From assembly GCA_016193465.1 (NCBI GenBank), contig JACPSE010000006.1, positions 13,684-77,683 of the forward strand: a DNA stretch of 64,000 bases, written 5' to 3'. The stretch comes from Deltaproteobacteria bacterium. Lineage in GTDB: Bacteria > Desulfobacterota > Binatia > UBA9968. The notes beneath the pieces are model-generated. The model saw only the letters and a list, made by a program, of their open reading frames with translations. It made no database searches and was not told where the DNA came from. Both the position numbers and the translations under genes were made by a program. This document shows positions 63,599 through 64,000 of this stretch, piece after piece. Every line of letters begins with the position of its first letter. Positions within the stretch are counted from its first letter, which is position 1.

Positions 63599-64000
63599 TT
63601 AAAAAGGATTGAGTTTTTTCCAGATCGAAGAAAAGAACCCCCCCGACTCCTCGGATTTCTCGGACTTCGGCGTCGGGCTGTTGATCTCATCCAGCGTTGG
63701 GAGATTGTCGGGCGCATCATCGGAATCCGTCTTGAACAGAGGGACACCGAAGACGCTGACAATATTCTGACCGCTCAATGGCCCTTGGGCATCCTCTCCT
63801 TCTATGGGAGTCTCGCTAACGATATAAGAAAGAGGATTCAGATAACTTAAAAAACTAGGCTCCCTTTTACTCCTCCTGGAGCTGGAGGCCATCAAAGAAT
63901 CTACGGTCCCCTCTTTCGTCTCTTCGGGACGGAAAACTACTCCGGGGAGTTTGACATCTACCCGATGTCTCTTTCTCAAATCGCTCTTGAGCCATTTCTG
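63599..64000 (-). CDS. C-terminal part of a probable SurA-like peptidyl-prolyl isomerase with a long extension; runs off the right edge
   Basis: The frame is open to 64000. QKWLKSDLRKRHRVDVKL resembles SurA C-termini, and surA-pdxA adjacency is a common arrangement. Confidence 0.5.
   Translation of the reverse strand, partial: QKWLKSDLRKRHRVDVKLPGVVFRPEETKEGTVDSLMASSSRRSKREPSFLSYLNPLSYIVSETPIEGEDAQGPLSGQNIVSVFGVPLFKTDSDDAPDNLPTLDEINSPTPKSEKSEESGGFFSSIWKKLNPF

Overview
A 64 kb bacterial chromosomal segment that looks deltaproteobacterial in style (the taxonomic guess is inference only). It contains no rRNA, CRISPR array, intact transposase or phage genes. Housekeeping blocks are tRNA-Thr(CGT), a TPP-riboswitch-controlled thiS-thiG-thiE operon, holA, dacA-SPOR, maf/dus, an Fe-S biogenesis operon with a perfect IscR-type operator, uvrA, a phosphomannomutase/phosphoglucomutase, pdxA and a partial SurA-like gene. 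These alternate with accessory catabolic and transport clusters. The most notable items are: (1) a MarR-linked operon encoding a nucleoside phosphorylase with an altered sugar-binding motif, an internally duplicated MtnA-like isomerase, a class II aldolase-SCP2 fusion, an Fe-S/CCG oxidoreductase and an acyl-CoA ligase, resembling an extended DHAP-shunt pathway for an unknown substituted nucleoside; (2) a coupled three-gene cassette (TIGR04255-like protein, small helical protein, putative Cys-His hydrolase) between an intact MNT antitoxin and a decayed MNT/HEPN chimera, a candidate defence or toxin-antitoxin system; (3) a stand-alone PaaA-like di-iron protein with ALDH, two MaoC proteins, DUF35 and a thiolase; (4) a signal-less, Cys-bearing NMT1-fold protein next to a ComA-like enzyme; (5) twin ornithine-cyclodeaminase-family genes around a TTT transporter; (6) a UvrA lacking the insertion domain; and (7) dispersed 7- and 9-bp-period intergenic repeats, one of which appears to encode a signal peptide. 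Protein family calls rest on recognised motifs; no database searches were run.
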